Origin: a virus
IMG/VR virus record: IMGVR_UViG_3300035490_000323
Location: 1 to 64,000 of that record
Length of the DNA stretch: 64,000 nt
Direction: 5' to 3' (one strand)
In this document: positions 27,276 to 37,095 of the stretch, piece by piece
Position numbering within the stretch: the stretch's first letter is position 1
Layout of the letters: each line of letters starts with the position of its first letter
Notes under the pieces: generated by a model
Databases searched by the model: none
What the model saw: only the letters and a program-made list of their open reading frames with translations
Told to the model about the DNA's origin: nothing
Program-made: the position numbers and the translations under genes

Positions 27276-27507
27276 CCTCCGCGCTTACCCACGGGCCGTC
27301 ATGCCTGCCGCACCCGGTGCATACCCGGATGGTAGCCGGGACCCCGGCCCCCCAGAAGCTAGTGCTGCCGGTCGTCCCGTGCGGCTGTTCGATGACCCGG
27401 TGCTCTATCCCGGCAGCCTTGCAGTCCTTGCAGTCATAGGTGTTTATCTCTCCGGGGCCGTAGCCCCGCATGACGAACGTCCCGAACGTCCCATGCTCTA
27501 GTCCCAC
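27256..27507 (-). CDS. Small zinc-ribbon protein
   Basis: CKDC...CTGC; start uncertain. Confidence 0.45.
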   Translation of the reverse strand: MGLEHGTFGTFVMRGYGPGEINTYDCKDCKAAGIEHRVIEQPHGTTGSTSFWGAGVPATIRVCTGCGRHDGPWVSAEDVGYGY

Positions 27508-27908
27508 CAGAGCCTTACCGCCTTATGGCCTATCGGCTCCTTGTCGGGGACAAAGGCCTCCGTCTCGTCCCGCTCGTCCTCCCCCAGGTCCGGGGCCGTG
27601 CCGGGGAGGGGGACATAGACGCATACGCTCCCCTCGCGGGCAAGGATGACGTCCCCCTTAATCTCCCCGATAAGGTCGTAGGTGAAGCCGTTGTACCCGT
27701 CCGGCACCGCTGCCCTCATTATCTCCATCCCCACGGCCGCCGGGACGGGCCTTGCGGCGTGGTAATGGAGGTTCCGCTGCCCCTCGTGCGGCGTCCCTTC
27801 CATGCAGCAGTCGGCATAGGCGAGCATCGTCTCCCTCGCCACGTCATCGTACTCGGGGGGGACGCCGTCCCCCACGTACATCCGGGGCCTCTTCGCTATG
27901 AGCCGCAT
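27498..27908 (-). CDS. Hypothetical phage protein
   Basis: GYNGF...LAREGSVCVYV...VRLWWD; GGAGG RBS. Confidence 0.6.
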   Translation of the reverse strand: MRLIAKRPRMYVGDGVPPEYDDVARETMLAYADCCMEGTPHEGQRNLHYHAARPVPAAVGMEIMRAAVPDGYNGFTYDLIGEIKGDVILAREGSVCVYVPLPGTAPDLGEDERDETEAFVPDKEPIGHKAVRLWWD

Positions 27909-27917
27909 CGGTCCTCC

Positions 27918-28127
27918 CTACCTTGTCTCCACCTTGTCGCAGCCGCACCTCGGGCATGTGAAGCGGCTGCCTATGGTGTCATGGCCCATGGTCGTCCTGA
28001 CCTTGCCCTGCCAGGCGCAGTTCATGCAGTGGGCGTCCTGCACGTACGACTTCTTGCCCCTGCACTCCCCCATGAAGCACTTGTTGTCTATGACCTGCGG
28101 GCCTCTCTTGCCCTTCTTTGCCTTCAT
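27918..28127 (-). CDS. Small zinc-ribbon protein
   Basis: MKAKKG...CMNC...CPRC; AGGAGG RBS. Confidence 0.55.
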   Translation of the reverse strand: MKAKKGKRGPQVIDNKCFMGECRGKKSYVQDAHCMNCAWQGKVRTTMGHDTIGSRFTCPRCGCDKVETR

Positions 28128-28138
28128 CGACCCCCTCC

Positions 28139-28354
28139 TTAGTCCGTCTCCCCCTCCCAGTCGGGGTCCACGTCGCAGTAGCAGAGCGTGTCCTCGCCTG
28201 CGCACCCCGTGCATCTGACGGACAGGCACTCGGGACAGATGGCAAGGTGCTTCCTGCCGTGCTCCTTGCATGCCTCGGCTGCGCTGAGCATGGACTGCAT
28301 CGTCCGCAGCCCTAGGATGTTGCTCTCGATGCCCAGGTTGTCGAGCGTCTGCAT
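28139..28354 (-). CDS. Small Cys-rich protein
   Basis: MQTLDNLG...CPEC...CTGC...CYC. Confidence 0.5.
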   Translation of the reverse strand: MQTLDNLGIESNILGLRTMQSMLSAAEACKEHGRKHLAICPECLSVRCTGCAGEDTLCYCDVDPDWEGETD

Positions 28355-28355
28355 G

Positions 28356-28667
28356 CTACGCCTCGGGCACGGGCCCCGGCTCGTCAATCAGCTCCCCGGA
28401 AGCCCCCCTGCGTGCTTGCTCGAATGGGGCCTGAGGGGCCTCAGCGGCCGGCGGCTCGATGCGCCACACCCTGACGCCCTGGCCTGCCACCCGCTGCCTC
28501 TTGAAGCGCCTGCCGGTCCTCCGCTGGAGGATGGCTATGGTCTTGGAAAGGCTGGAGCTGCGGGGAACGTTGATTACAGTGCTCTGCCCTACCTCCAGCT
28601 TCTCCAGCACGGCGTACTTCGACTCACGCTTGGGGACCGGTACCCCGTTCTCGATGACCTCGTTCAT
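28356..28667 (-). CDS. Small putative DNA-binding protein
   Basis: IENGVPVP...KY...LEVGQS...F...GVRVWRI, a common phage small-protein pattern. Confidence 0.6.
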   Translation of the reverse strand: MNEVIENGVPVPKRESKYAVLEKLEVGQSTVINVPRSSSLSKTIAILQRRTGRRFKRQRVAGQGVRVWRIEPPAAEAPQAPFEQARRGASGELIDEPGPVPEA

Positions 28668-28789
28668 TGGCTTCTCTCCTGGTGGACCGCTACTCCTCCA
28701 CATGTCTACTATACACAGGAATACTGGTCTATACGGGAAATTTATCCGAGAGAATTCCGTCTTCCGCCCCCCCTTATATGGGAGGAAAC

Positions 28790-29182
28790 ATGAAGAAGAT
28801 TCTCGCTATACTGCTCTTGGCCTGCCTGGTCGCATTCACCTCGCCCGCGATGGCGAAGGGGTCCGACACGGCCACCACGACCTTTACCCTGACCATCAAC
28901 GCACCGCTCGCTATCTCTACCCCGGCAGCGCTCCCCGGAGGGGTGGCGGGAGCGTCCTATGCCGTTACCCTGGCGGCCACAGGCGGCGTGCCGCCCTATA
29001 CCTGGTCCCTCAACAGCGGCTCCACGCTCCCCGCAGGGCTGACCCTGACATCGGCAGGGATACTGAGCGGGACGCCGACCACGGCGGGCACCTATTCCTT
29101 CGGCATTACAGTGACGGACTCCAAGCTGTCGCTGGTCAAGGCGGCCGCGAGCGTGAAGGTACCGGCGTCAGTATTGAAGTAG
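28790..29182 (+). CDS. Secreted putative Ig-domain (He_PIG-like) protein
   Basis: Sec signal MKKILAILLLACLVAF...AMA; LPGG...Y...LAATGG.PPYTW...LPAGLTL...G.LSGTPT. Confidence 0.75.
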   Translation: MKKILAILLLACLVAFTSPAMAKGSDTATTTFTLTINAPLAISTPAALPGGVAGASYAVTLAATGGVPPYTWSLNSGSTLPAGLTLTSAGILSGTPTTAGTYSFGITVTDSKLSLVKAAASVKVPASVLK

Positions 29183-29183
29183 C

Positions 29184-29540
29184 ATGAGAGGGCGTAGGCG
29201 TACCATACTCGGCGCTGCACTGCTGCCCCTTGTGGTCATCCTGGCCCCGCTATGGCTGGGCCAGGGATGCCGCCCGGCCCCGCGTGCCCCTGTGCAGGCC
29301 ACGGTGCCGGAGGCCAAGACTTTTGGCCCCTACCACCCCTATATAACCACGAAGGCGCTCCCAAAGGGCGTCCAGGGGCAGCCCTACTACTTCCAGCTCT
29401 CCGCATCGGGGTGCCCGCCCAAGGGGTGCATGTGGGTCGTGGTAGGCCTGCCCAGGGGGCTCAGGGCGTCCGCTGCCGGGGTCATCTCCGGGACCCCTAC
29501 CTCCTCGGGAAGCTCTAACGTGACTGTGACTGTGCTATGA
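29184..29540 (+). CDS. Membrane-anchored putative Ig-domain protein
   Basis: N-terminal hydrophobic segment; LPKG...YYFQLSASG...GLPRGL...GVISGTPT. Confidence 0.65.
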   Translation: MRGRRRTILGAALLPLVVILAPLWLGQGCRPAPRAPVQATVPEAKTFGPYHPYITTKALPKGVQGQPYYFQLSASGCPPKGCMWVVVGLPRGLRASAAGVISGTPTSSGSSNVTVTVL

Positions 29541-29926
29541 AATGGCCTGCCGTCATCCTGCTCCTGCTGTCCCTGGGTATCACGGGGGCCCGGGCCCAGG
29601 ATAAAACATCCCAAACCTTCACCATAGCGGTGTCAGCCCATGACGTTACTCTTTCCTGGACCCCGCCCACCCTCCTGGCGAATGGCAATCCCCTCCCTAC
29701 CGGTTCAGTTATAACCTATAATGTCTTCAGGGGGTCAACGCCCGGCGGGGAGGGCCCTACCCCTATCAATCCCGTGCCGGTCAGCACCGCAGGCTACAAG
29801 GACATTAAGGTGATTGGCGGGGCGACCTACTATTACTATGTCGAGGCCATAAACACCCTCGACGGGGTTACCAGCCCCCCGTCCGTGCCGTCCATGGAGG
29901 CGACTGCTACCGTTCCCTCGCCGTAG
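29537..29926 (+). CDS. Secreted fibronectin type III-like protein
   Basis: Signal peptide; VTLSWTPP...YNVFR...YKD...TYYYYVEA...S.PS. Confidence 0.7.
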   Translation: MKWPAVILLLLSLGITGARAQDKTSQTFTIAVSAHDVTLSWTPPTLLANGNPLPTGSVITYNVFRGSTPGGEGPTPINPVPVSTAGYKDIKVIGGATYYYYVEAINTLDGVTSPPSVPSMEATATVPSP

Positions 29927-30790
29927 CTAGATATGGCAGTCGCAGGCCACCGCCCAGCAGGCCTTGCTGGCGGACAGGACCTCGGCGACCTTCCTCTTCC
30001 ATTCCTCGGGCCGCATCATGCCGCTGGAGCACCCCCACCAGCCCATGGTGGCCCTCTCATGCCACTCCCCGTCCGGGGTGACCAGGGCATAGGGCACGAA
30101 GTCCCTGGGCAGCATGGACACAGGCATCATGTCCCCGTCGTACTTCTTCCAGCCCGTGGGCCACTTTACGGCCCTCCCTGTCCCCTTGCAGCCGTTGCAC
30201 TTGTACTCCGGGTCCTCCCGGCGCATCTGCTCGCCGAGGGCATCGTCCCTCAGCCCCGTGCCGAGGCAGAGGAAGCAGGTCTCGGCGTTGGCCCCGTCCT
30301 TCTCGGGCTCGTAGGCCGTGAACGTCCCCGTCCACCTCCCCCCGACCTGGAACCAGTCCCAGCGGGCCTTGGGGTTGCGGGTGGACCTGAACGTGCCGCT
30401 GCCATGGCAGTCCGTGCAGTCCGGGTCCGCCCTGTCGCAGTCCGGGTGGGCCATCATGGCGGCATGCTGCTCCTGCTCTACGTCCGCCTGGGCGCTGTCA
30501 ATCTCGTCGTTGTAGGCCTCCACCTGCTCCTTGGTCCCCTTGCCCTCCTCCCAGAGGCTTACCCCCAGCTTCTCGTACCTCTCGTGGATGGCATCGAACC
30601 TGGACCTGGCGTCCACCTTCTCCCTGGCCGCGTTCCTGGCCTTCTCCCCGACGCAGTAGCACTTGTGGTCGTACTCCTTTACCTCCAGGTTCTCGTTATA
30701 GGGGGCCAGCAGCACCCCCGCCATCGCCTCGGCGTTCTCACGCGATATCGGCTGCTTGTCCAGCAGCACCGTCACCAGGAAGTGCGACAT
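29927..30790 (-). CDS. Conserved phage hypothetical protein with CxxCxGxG inserts
   Basis: MSHFLVTV...NPKARWDWFQVGGRW...VTPDGEWHE...GWWG...CDCHI; start at ATG 30790 after AGGAGG. Confidence 0.7.
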   Translation of the reverse strand: MSHFLVTVLLDKQPISRENAEAMAGVLLAPYNENLEVKEYDHKCYCVGEKARNAAREKVDARSRFDAIHERYEKLGVSLWEEGKGTKEQVEAYNDEIDSAQADVEQEQHAAMMAHPDCDRADPDCTDCHGSGTFRSTRNPKARWDWFQVGGRWTGTFTAYEPEKDGANAETCFLCLGTGLRDDALGEQMRREDPEYKCNGCKGTGRAVKWPTGWKKYDGDMMPVSMLPRDFVPYALVTPDGEWHERATMGWWGCSSGMMRPEEWKRKVAEVLSASKACWAVACDCHI

Positions 30791-31004
30791 CCGTCCTCCT
30801 ATAGCCCCTTCCGGGGCACCCTTGCAGGTGCCCCAGGGGCCTCTTGCGGCAGAGATGGCCGGGGTGCCTTCTTCCCTCCCCCGCCACCTGCTAATACTAC
30901 CGGCCTGAGCCATACAGTGCTCTGGGTGGCCAGTGTAGGGGTGCCGTCCAGGCGGCCCAGGCGGCCCAGCCTTGTCCATCCGTCCCTGCTTTTCCTGCCC
31001 ATGC

Positions 31005-31349
31005 CTAGTAGTCCGTCCTGAACAGCTCCCTCGGGTCGTTCGGGATATCGGGGCCCTCGTCTGCCGGGGCCTCCCCCCAGGCCGGAGGGCTGTTGATGTC
31101 GAACGGCAGGTTGACGGGTATCGCTGCCGCCAGCCCTGCCTCCGCCGCCTCGCTCTCCCCCATAGGCGGGCAGAGGCTTACCCCCGCCCCCACGAGCTTA
31201 CCCGTCTCCCTCTCCCACTGCCAGTCACGGTCCCCCACCTGGAGATACACGTACTTCTCCTCCACCCTCACCTCTACCGGGCAGGGGCTTGGTATCCTCC
31301 CCTTGCTTGCCAGGAGGGGCACTACCAGGTCCTTGTGCTGATACCTCAT
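31005..31349 (-). CDS. Hypothetical protein
   Basis: 114-aa ORF, codon usage typical of the window. Confidence 0.5.
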   Translation of the reverse strand: MRYQHKDLVVPLLASKGRIPSPCPVEVRVEEKYVYLQVGDRDWQWERETGKLVGAGVSLCPPMGESEAAEAGLAAAIPVNLPFDINSPPAWGEAPADEGPDIPNDPRELFRTDY

Positions 31350-32013
31350 TGCTCTTCTCCTTTTCCCTTTCCTCTGCCTCGGCCGCCAGCCTGGCGGCCT
31401 CGGCCTTCTCCTTCTCGTAGTCGAACCCCAGCAGCAGAAGCTCCGCCTTGATGTTGGCCCTGGCTATCTCCGCCAGGGCCCCCTCGAACCCCTGCGACTG
31501 GAACATGGGGCTCTTCTGCACCAGCATGATAAGCCCCATGGTCCTGCCTATCTCCCATGCCCTGCTCCCCAGGTGCCCCCACCTCTCCCTTGCCCTGCGG
31601 GCGGACACCAGGTACGCTATCCTCGGGCGACCGTACGGGGAGAGGGCCATGTCTATGACTGTGGAGTAGCCGTGGGTAAGGTTCCAGCACCCGGAGATGA
31701 GGGGGACTATGTGCCTCTCCGCCTCCTCCAGGGAGAACCCCAGGCTGCGGCAGTCGCGCAGGAAGGCCACGGAGGAGATGCCCTCGTCGCCAGGCTCCCA
31801 GTCGTGGTAGAGCCATGCCGCCATGGCGTAGCGGCCGGGCAGGCGGCCCTCTATCCTCCTGTGCTCGTGGAGCCCGTACGCCAGGTAGGCGGCGTCCTTG
31901 GCCCTGGTGCGCCCCTGGTACCTTGCCAGGACGCCGGCCAGGATATGCCTCCTGCCCTCCTCCCCCTCGGGGTCGAGGACAGGCATGACCATCTCCTCCA
32001 GGGTGGGCCTCAT
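31225..32013 (-). CDS. Degenerate HD-superfamily phosphohydrolase (COG4339-like)
   Basis: LARY...AAWLYHD...GR...ARANIKAEL pattern; first metal-binding His appears lost. Confidence 0.5.
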   Translation of the reverse strand: MRPTLEEMVMPVLDPEGEEGRRHILAGVLARYQGRTRAKDAAYLAYGLHEHRRIEGRLPGRYAMAAWLYHDWEPGDEGISSVAFLRDCRSLGFSLEEAERHIVPLISGCWNLTHGYSTVIDMALSPYGRPRIAYLVSARRARERWGHLGSRAWEIGRTMGLIMLVQKSPMFQSQGFEGALAEIARANIKAELLLLGFDYEKEKAEAARLAAEAEEREKEKSNEVSAQGPGSAPPGKQGEDTKPLPGRGEGGGEVRVSPGGGP

Positions 32014-32111
32014 GCGGGGTAATACTGGGAGGGGGCGCTTCCGTATGGTCGTTCTTCTACATGCTCATAGAGTACGTCACCAGCGCCTCCAACCCTGGGA
32101 CGATGCCGATC

Positions 32112-33335
32112 TTACCACGTCTCCACTACCATAGTTCCCACGAAGTTCGTGGCCTGACCGCTGGTAGCAGACGCAAGGTTTCCGACGTAAACATAGAACG
32201 TGCCCGAAGACATGTCTATGTTCGTGTCCCTGGTGGCGGCATTGTATGAGCTTCCAGCAAACGGCGTGCCGTTGACTACCATGGACACTATGTTGGAGCT
32301 GGAGCCCAGGACGTCGATAATAAACTCGAAGTAGTTTTCCCCAGCCCATAGGCCAGGCCCCGTGTTCGAAGCACCTAGTATAGTGGTGTAGGTCGTATTG
32401 TTATTGTACTGGCTGTAGGCGTAGAACTCCCCGCTGCTGGGTATAGTCATCCCTAAGGTATAGCCATGCCCGGACGTGGACGTGGCGTCCTTGGATACGT
32501 ATAGGTCGTAATAAACGTAGGTGGCATTATAGACCATGTTCCAAGTCCACCTGATGCGGATGCGCTTGAACCCCGTGAAGCCCTGTACCGACTGATACAG
32601 GTTCGTGCCGGAGAAGAAAGTTGCCGGGGAGTTCCAGGTTATAGCAGTCTCGGTGTAGCCTGATACGTGGCCGCTAGGTCCAGTGTATCCGGTATAACCA
32701 GTGTAACCTGTGTATCCGCTATACCCCGTGGCCCCGTACCCGGTATAGCCTGTGAAGCTCCCTGGGCCTGTGTAGCCGGTGTACCCCGTCCCTCCTGGCC
32801 CCTGCTGGCCAGTGTAGCCTGTGAACCCTGTGTAGCCGGTATAGCCTGTGCCCCCAGGGCTTGCAGGGCCTGTGTAGCCGGTGTATCCTGAATATCCGGT
32901 GTAGCCAGTGTATCCCGGTCCTGTGTAGCCCGTGTAGCCGGTAGCGCCAGGACCGGTATATCCTGTGTAGCCTGAGTACCCTGTGTAGCCGCTACCACCG
33001 ATGTAGCCGGTGTATCCAGAGTAGCCTGTGAAGTTCCCAGGTCCCGTGTATCCTGTGTAGCCTGTGTAGCCTGAGTAGCCAGTGTAGCCGGAATAGCCCG
33101 TGAAGTTCCCTGGTCCCGTGTAGCCCGTGAACCCAGAATAGCCAGTGTAGCCAGAATAGCCGCTGTATCCGGTGTAGGCCCCGGTCCCCGTGTACCCTGT
33201 GTAGCCTGAGTATCCAGTGAAGTTGCCCGGACCTGTGTAGCCTGTGTAGCCAGAGTACCCCGTGTAGCCTGAATACCCCGTGTAGCCGGAATATCCGGTA
33301 GGGCCTCCGGGAGTGATAACGACGTTCTTGGCCAT
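32112..33335 (-). CDS. Collagen-like (Gly-Tyr-Thr/Ser) fibre protein with C-terminal beta-rich head
   Basis: About 210 aa of G-x-y triplets, mostly GYT/GYS, then a globular domain. Confidence 0.8.
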   Translation of the reverse strand: MAKNVVITPGGPTGYSGYTGYSGYTGYSGYTGYTGPGNFTGYSGYTGYTGTGAYTGYSGYSGYTGYSGFTGYTGPGNFTGYSGYTGYSGYTGYTGYTGPGNFTGYSGYTGYIGGSGYTGYSGYTGYTGPGATGYTGYTGPGYTGYTGYSGYTGYTGPASPGGTGYTGYTGFTGYTGQQGPGGTGYTGYTGPGSFTGYTGYGATGYSGYTGYTGYTGYTGPSGHVSGYTETAITWNSPATFFSGTNLYQSVQGFTGFKRIRIRWTWNMVYNATYVYYDLYVSKDATSTSGHGYTLGMTIPSSGEFYAYSQYNNNTTYTTILGASNTGPGLWAGENYFEFIIDVLGSSSNIVSMVVNGTPFAGSSYNAATRDTNIDMSSGTFYVYVGNLASATSGQATNFVGTMVVETW

Positions 33336-33352
33336 CTCTGCTTAGGGCCCCC

Positions 33353-34096
33353 CTATTTGCTTATCACGAACATCCCCTGCCCGTACGTGCTCGTGCCGCC
33401 AGAGTTGTTCCTAATATAGGTCTGGATTTGCCCGACCTCGCTGGCCAAGGACTGCGCGTAGCACAGCCCGCTCGGGGTATCCTTCCCACCTATGCCGCTC
33501 TCGTTGGGCAGGGCGGTGAACAGGCTCGTAAGGCCGCCGAAGGACGACGGGGTCCACGAGGGGTTGCTAAACCCGCCGTTGAAGTACCATTCCGTGGTGA
33601 TTATGTAGTATGCGGGGCTCGGGTAGCTGACGTTCGCCCAGTACAGCGTCCCGTAGGCATAGGCGGCCAGGGTGGGGAAGGCTGCCGGGGTCCAGCTATA
33701 GACGGCCGACGTCCCCTGAATCTCAATCACCGCGCCCACGTTCCAACCGTACCCGCCGACGTTATAGGGGTAGGGCCAGGCCGCGGACGGGAACACCCAT
33801 GCCTTGCCGTCGCCCGCCTGCACTATCCTGGTGCCGAGGTTGCACCCGGTGCTGGCCCCCGTGCCGTACGAGGGGGTCGAGGCCGTTACCGTCACGCCGC
33901 TGGGGAGCGGCGTCGTCGTCAGGGCAAGGCCGCTCCATATCGCTATGAAGAGGAGCGTGTCGCCCACTGTCGGGGTGCTGCCGAGGTTGACCGTGATGTT
34001 GCCGTTGAAGTTGAGAGCGCCAGCGGACTGGACCAGGACTGGCGTGGTCACATGCCTCCCGTACATCCCTGCGAGGATATGGGGCGCGTATGGCAT
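33353..34096 (-). CDS. Putative virion fibre-associated protein
   Basis: TPVLVQSA...TPTVGDTLL beta-rich; lies between two fibre genes. Confidence 0.55.
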   Translation of the reverse strand: MPYAPHILAGMYGRHVTTPVLVQSAGALNFNGNITVNLGSTPTVGDTLLFIAIWSGLALTTTPLPSGVTVTASTPSYGTGASTGCNLGTRIVQAGDGKAWVFPSAAWPYPYNVGGYGWNVGAVIEIQGTSAVYSWTPAAFPTLAAYAYGTLYWANVSYPSPAYYIITTEWYFNGGFSNPSWTPSSFGGLTSLFTALPNESGIGGKDTPSGLCYAQSLASEVGQIQTYIRNNSGGTSTYGQGMFVISK

Positions 34097-36456
34097 TATG
34101 TCTTGGACCAGCTCCCCGACAGCACGAACGCCGTCCAGTGGTTCGATGCATCGCAGACTATGCCGATGGCATCGCCGGCCGCCCCGGCCGAGGCGAGCGT
34201 CCCGGCAGAGGAGCCGTTCACGCCGTACAGGGCGGCGGTATTGGAGGCCGCCATCTGGATGGTCATCGCCGACGTGATTCCCGCGTAGTTGGCATAAATC
34301 CTCTGCATCCCCGCCGTGCCCGCAGGGGCATCGAAGGTGATGGTGCCGTAGTTGTTGAAGATGTAGTAGTCCACCCCGCCAGGGTCCGCCACCGGCCCTG
34401 CCGTGCCCTGGACGAGGGTAGGGACGGCGGATATGGAGGCACCGACAGGGCCAGTATAGCCGGTATAGCCTGAATATCCCGTGTAGCCTGAATAACCTGT
34501 GTAGCCTGAGTATCCTGTGTAGGCTGTGTAGCCAGTGTAGCCAGTGAAGCCCGTGAAGTTCCCAAGGCCGGTGTATCCCGTGTAGCCTGAGTAGCCCGAA
34601 TACCCTGTTATGCCTGGACCTGTGTAGCCTGTGTAGCCTGTGTAGCCTGAATAGCCTGTGTAGCCTGAGTAACCTGTGTAGCCTGTACGCCCTGTGTAGC
34701 CCGTATATCCAGAGTATCCGGTGTAAGCTCCCGGTCCTGTGTAGCCTGTGTAGCCTGTGTATCCTGAATAGCCAGAGTAACCTGTGTAGCCCGTGATATT
34801 AGGACCAGTGTAGCCCGTGTATCCAGAGTATCCTGTAAAGTTCCCCGGCCCCGTATAGCCTGTGAACCCAGAATAGCCCGTGTAGCCTGAGTATCCGCTG
34901 TAGCCTGTATCACCCGTATAGCCGGTAGAGCCCATCCCCCCGACCATGAACAGCCCGAAGTGCCCGTCATAGACCGTGAAGACCGCGTCTGCGGTGCTGC
35001 TGGTGACCCGTAGGTCAAAGACGTCCCCGAGGCTGGCGTTGATGATATCGGCCATGGCGGCGGCCTTGTACTCGCCGCTGCCCAGGCCGCTTACCACCGC
35101 CTCGTCACCGGCAATCTCCAGGCTGTTCTGGAAGAAGGCGATACGGAAGTCCGCTCCCAGGTCCCCTATGGTCGAGAGGACGGCGAAGAGCTTGTAGCTC
35201 CCCGGCTGGAGGACGGTAAGGCTGCTCCCGTCTACGCCGACACCCACCCTGTCGATGGTGCCTATCGTCCAGATGCCGCTTATCTGATAGAACTGGTTGG
35301 CATTGACGACTGTGGTCCCGGAGACGTTGGACTGGGTGTAAAGCTCCCCGAAAGCGCTGCCGGGCTGGAACCCCGTATACCCCGTGGACCCAGTGAAGTT
35401 GCCTGGGCCAGTATAGCCGGTGTAGCCTGAGTATCCAGTGTAGCCTGAGTATCCGCTGTATCCTGAGTAGCCCGTATAGCCGCTGTCGCCTGTAAACCCC
35501 GTGTATCCCGAGTAGCCTGTGAACCCGGTGAAGTTCCCCGGCCCGGTGTAGCCCGTGTAGCCTGTTATGCTGGGCCCAGTATAGCCTGTGTATCCAGAGT
35601 AGCCTGTGGCTCCTGTAGATGCCGCCTGGCCCGCAGGGCCGGTATCCCCGGAGTACCCCGTGTACCCGCTGTAGCCCGTGAACGCTCCGGGCCCGGTGTA
35701 GCCTGTATCCCCGTAGCCTGTGTATCCAGTGTAGCCAGTATCACCAGTGTAGCCAGTGTAGCCGCTATAGCCGGTAATGTTCGGGCCTGTATAGCCCGTG
35801 AAGCCCGTGAAGTTCCCCGGTCCAGTGTAGCCGGTGTAGCCCGAGTATCCAGTGTAGCCAGAATAGCCGCTGGGCCCGGTAAAGTTCCCCGGTCCAGTGT
35901 ATCCCGTGTAGCCGCTGAAGCCCGTAAAGTTCCCTGGCCCGGTAGGGCCGGTATGCCCCGTGTAGCCTGAATACCCCGTGTATCCAGAATAGCCCGTGAA
36001 CCCGGAATAGCCCGTAAAGTTGCCGGGACCGGTATCACCAGTGTAGCCCGTGTATCCCGTATATCCAGAGTAGCCGGAATAGCCCGTGTATCCCGAATAC
36101 CCTGTGAAGTTCCCTAGCCCCGTGTATCCAGTGTAGCCCGTGATGTTCGGGCCGGTGTAGCCCGTGAACCCTGTGCCCCCCGTGTAGCCCGTGAAGCCCA
36201 GCCCGGTGTATCCCGAGTACCCCGTGGCCCCCATTATCCCCTGGGACAGGAAGCCCCACCAGGGGGAGTTCACCTGCGGGACGTTGCCGGTGTTGCCCGG
36301 CTTCAGGGATATCCAGGAGTTGCCGTTCCAGGTGGCCACATGGTACTGCGGGTAGGTCTTGCTGGCGTTCCAGGGCGTGATGAAGGTCACCACCACCCCG
36401 CTGCTGCTCACGGTCGTCACGGAGGGGATAGACGGGTTGATTATGCCCTGTGCCAT
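34096..36456 (-). CDS. Collagen-like (Gly-Tyr-Thr/Ser) fibre protein with CBM5/12-like N-terminal domain and internal BclA/C1q-like domain
   Basis: WNASKTY...VATWNGNSW...PWW; two long GYT/GYS tracts with GPGNFT punctuation. Confidence 0.8.
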   Translation of the reverse strand: MAQGIINPSIPSVTTVSSSGVVVTFITPWNASKTYPQYHVATWNGNSWISLKPGNTGNVPQVNSPWWGFLSQGIMGATGYSGYTGLGFTGYTGGTGFTGYTGPNITGYTGYTGLGNFTGYSGYTGYSGYSGYTGYTGYTGDTGPGNFTGYSGFTGYSGYTGYSGYTGHTGPTGPGNFTGFSGYTGYTGPGNFTGPSGYSGYTGYSGYTGYTGPGNFTGFTGYTGPNITGYSGYTGYTGDTGYTGYTGYGDTGYTGPGAFTGYSGYTGYSGDTGPAGQAASTGATGYSGYTGYTGPSITGYTGYTGPGNFTGFTGYSGYTGFTGDSGYTGYSGYSGYSGYTGYSGYTGYTGPGNFTGSTGYTGFQPGSAFGELYTQSNVSGTTVVNANQFYQISGIWTIGTIDRVGVGVDGSSLTVLQPGSYKLFAVLSTIGDLGADFRIAFFQNSLEIAGDEAVVSGLGSGEYKAAAMADIINASLGDVFDLRVTSSTADAVFTVYDGHFGLFMVGGMGSTGYTGDTGYSGYSGYTGYSGFTGYTGPGNFTGYSGYTGYTGPNITGYTGYSGYSGYTGYTGYTGPGAYTGYSGYTGYTGRTGYTGYSGYTGYSGYTGYTGYTGPGITGYSGYSGYTGYTGLGNFTGFTGYTGYTAYTGYSGYTGYSGYTGYSGYTGYTGPVGASISAVPTLVQGTAGPVADPGGVDYYIFNNYGTITFDAPAGTAGMQRIYANYAGITSAMTIQMAASNTAALYGVNGSSAGTLASAGAAGDAIGIVCDASNHWTAFVLSGSWSKT

Positions 36457-36457
36457 G

Positions 36458-37057
36458 CTACCTCAGCCTCGGCGGCCAGTGTACCCTCCTGCTCTTGCGC
36501 TCTGCCAGCAACGGGTAGTCCCTCTCCGCCAGGTAGTCGCGGGTCACGTTGGCGGGGTTGGGGGTGGTCTCGTGCTGCTCGAAGGGCTGGGCCGTGTCGT
36601 CGATGTTCTTCTGGTTCTCCTGGTTGGCAAGGTCCTCGGTGCCGTGCCATACCTCGCCGACCTCGCCGGAGATGTCGTAGCCGTAGGCGACCTTCCCCTG
36701 CCGCAGGGCGGCGAGGATGCCGCTAATCTTGAGGGCCGCATAGTACTGGCACTGCACCGCCATGGCATGGCTGCCGGACAGGGCGTACTCGTCGGCGTTG
36801 CCGAGGTCCCACTTGGCGTAGCGTGCCTCGGCGATGAGCCTGCGGGCATTGCGCGGGAGGGCCTGAAGGGTGCCCCGGTACAGCTCCCTCAGCTTGTGGC
36901 GGGCGGACTCGTATACCTCCCTATGCTCCTCGGGGGCCTTGCCGGTACCGATGTTCTTCCTGAAGTCCACTATCCCCAGGACGGTCTGGCACAGGGCACC
37001 GAGGTCCCCCTGGCGGGCCGGGGAGACGGACTTCTTGCGCAGGAGCGGGCTCCGCAT
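36458..37057 (-). CDS. Hypothetical protein, possibly virion-associated (SPLLRKK N-terminal motif)
   Basis: 199-aa ORF heading the fibre operon. Confidence 0.6.
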   Translation of the reverse strand: MRSPLLRKKSVSPARQGDLGALCQTVLGIVDFRKNIGTGKAPEEHREVYESARHKLRELYRGTLQALPRNARRLIAEARYAKWDLGNADEYALSGSHAMAVQCQYYAALKISGILAALRQGKVAYGYDISGEVGEVWHGTEDLANQENQKNIDDTAQPFEQHETTPNPANVTRDYLAERDYPLLAERKSRRVHWPPRLR

Positions 37058-37095
37058 AGTTCCCTCTAGCTAGGGAACGGATAGACGGAAACTCG

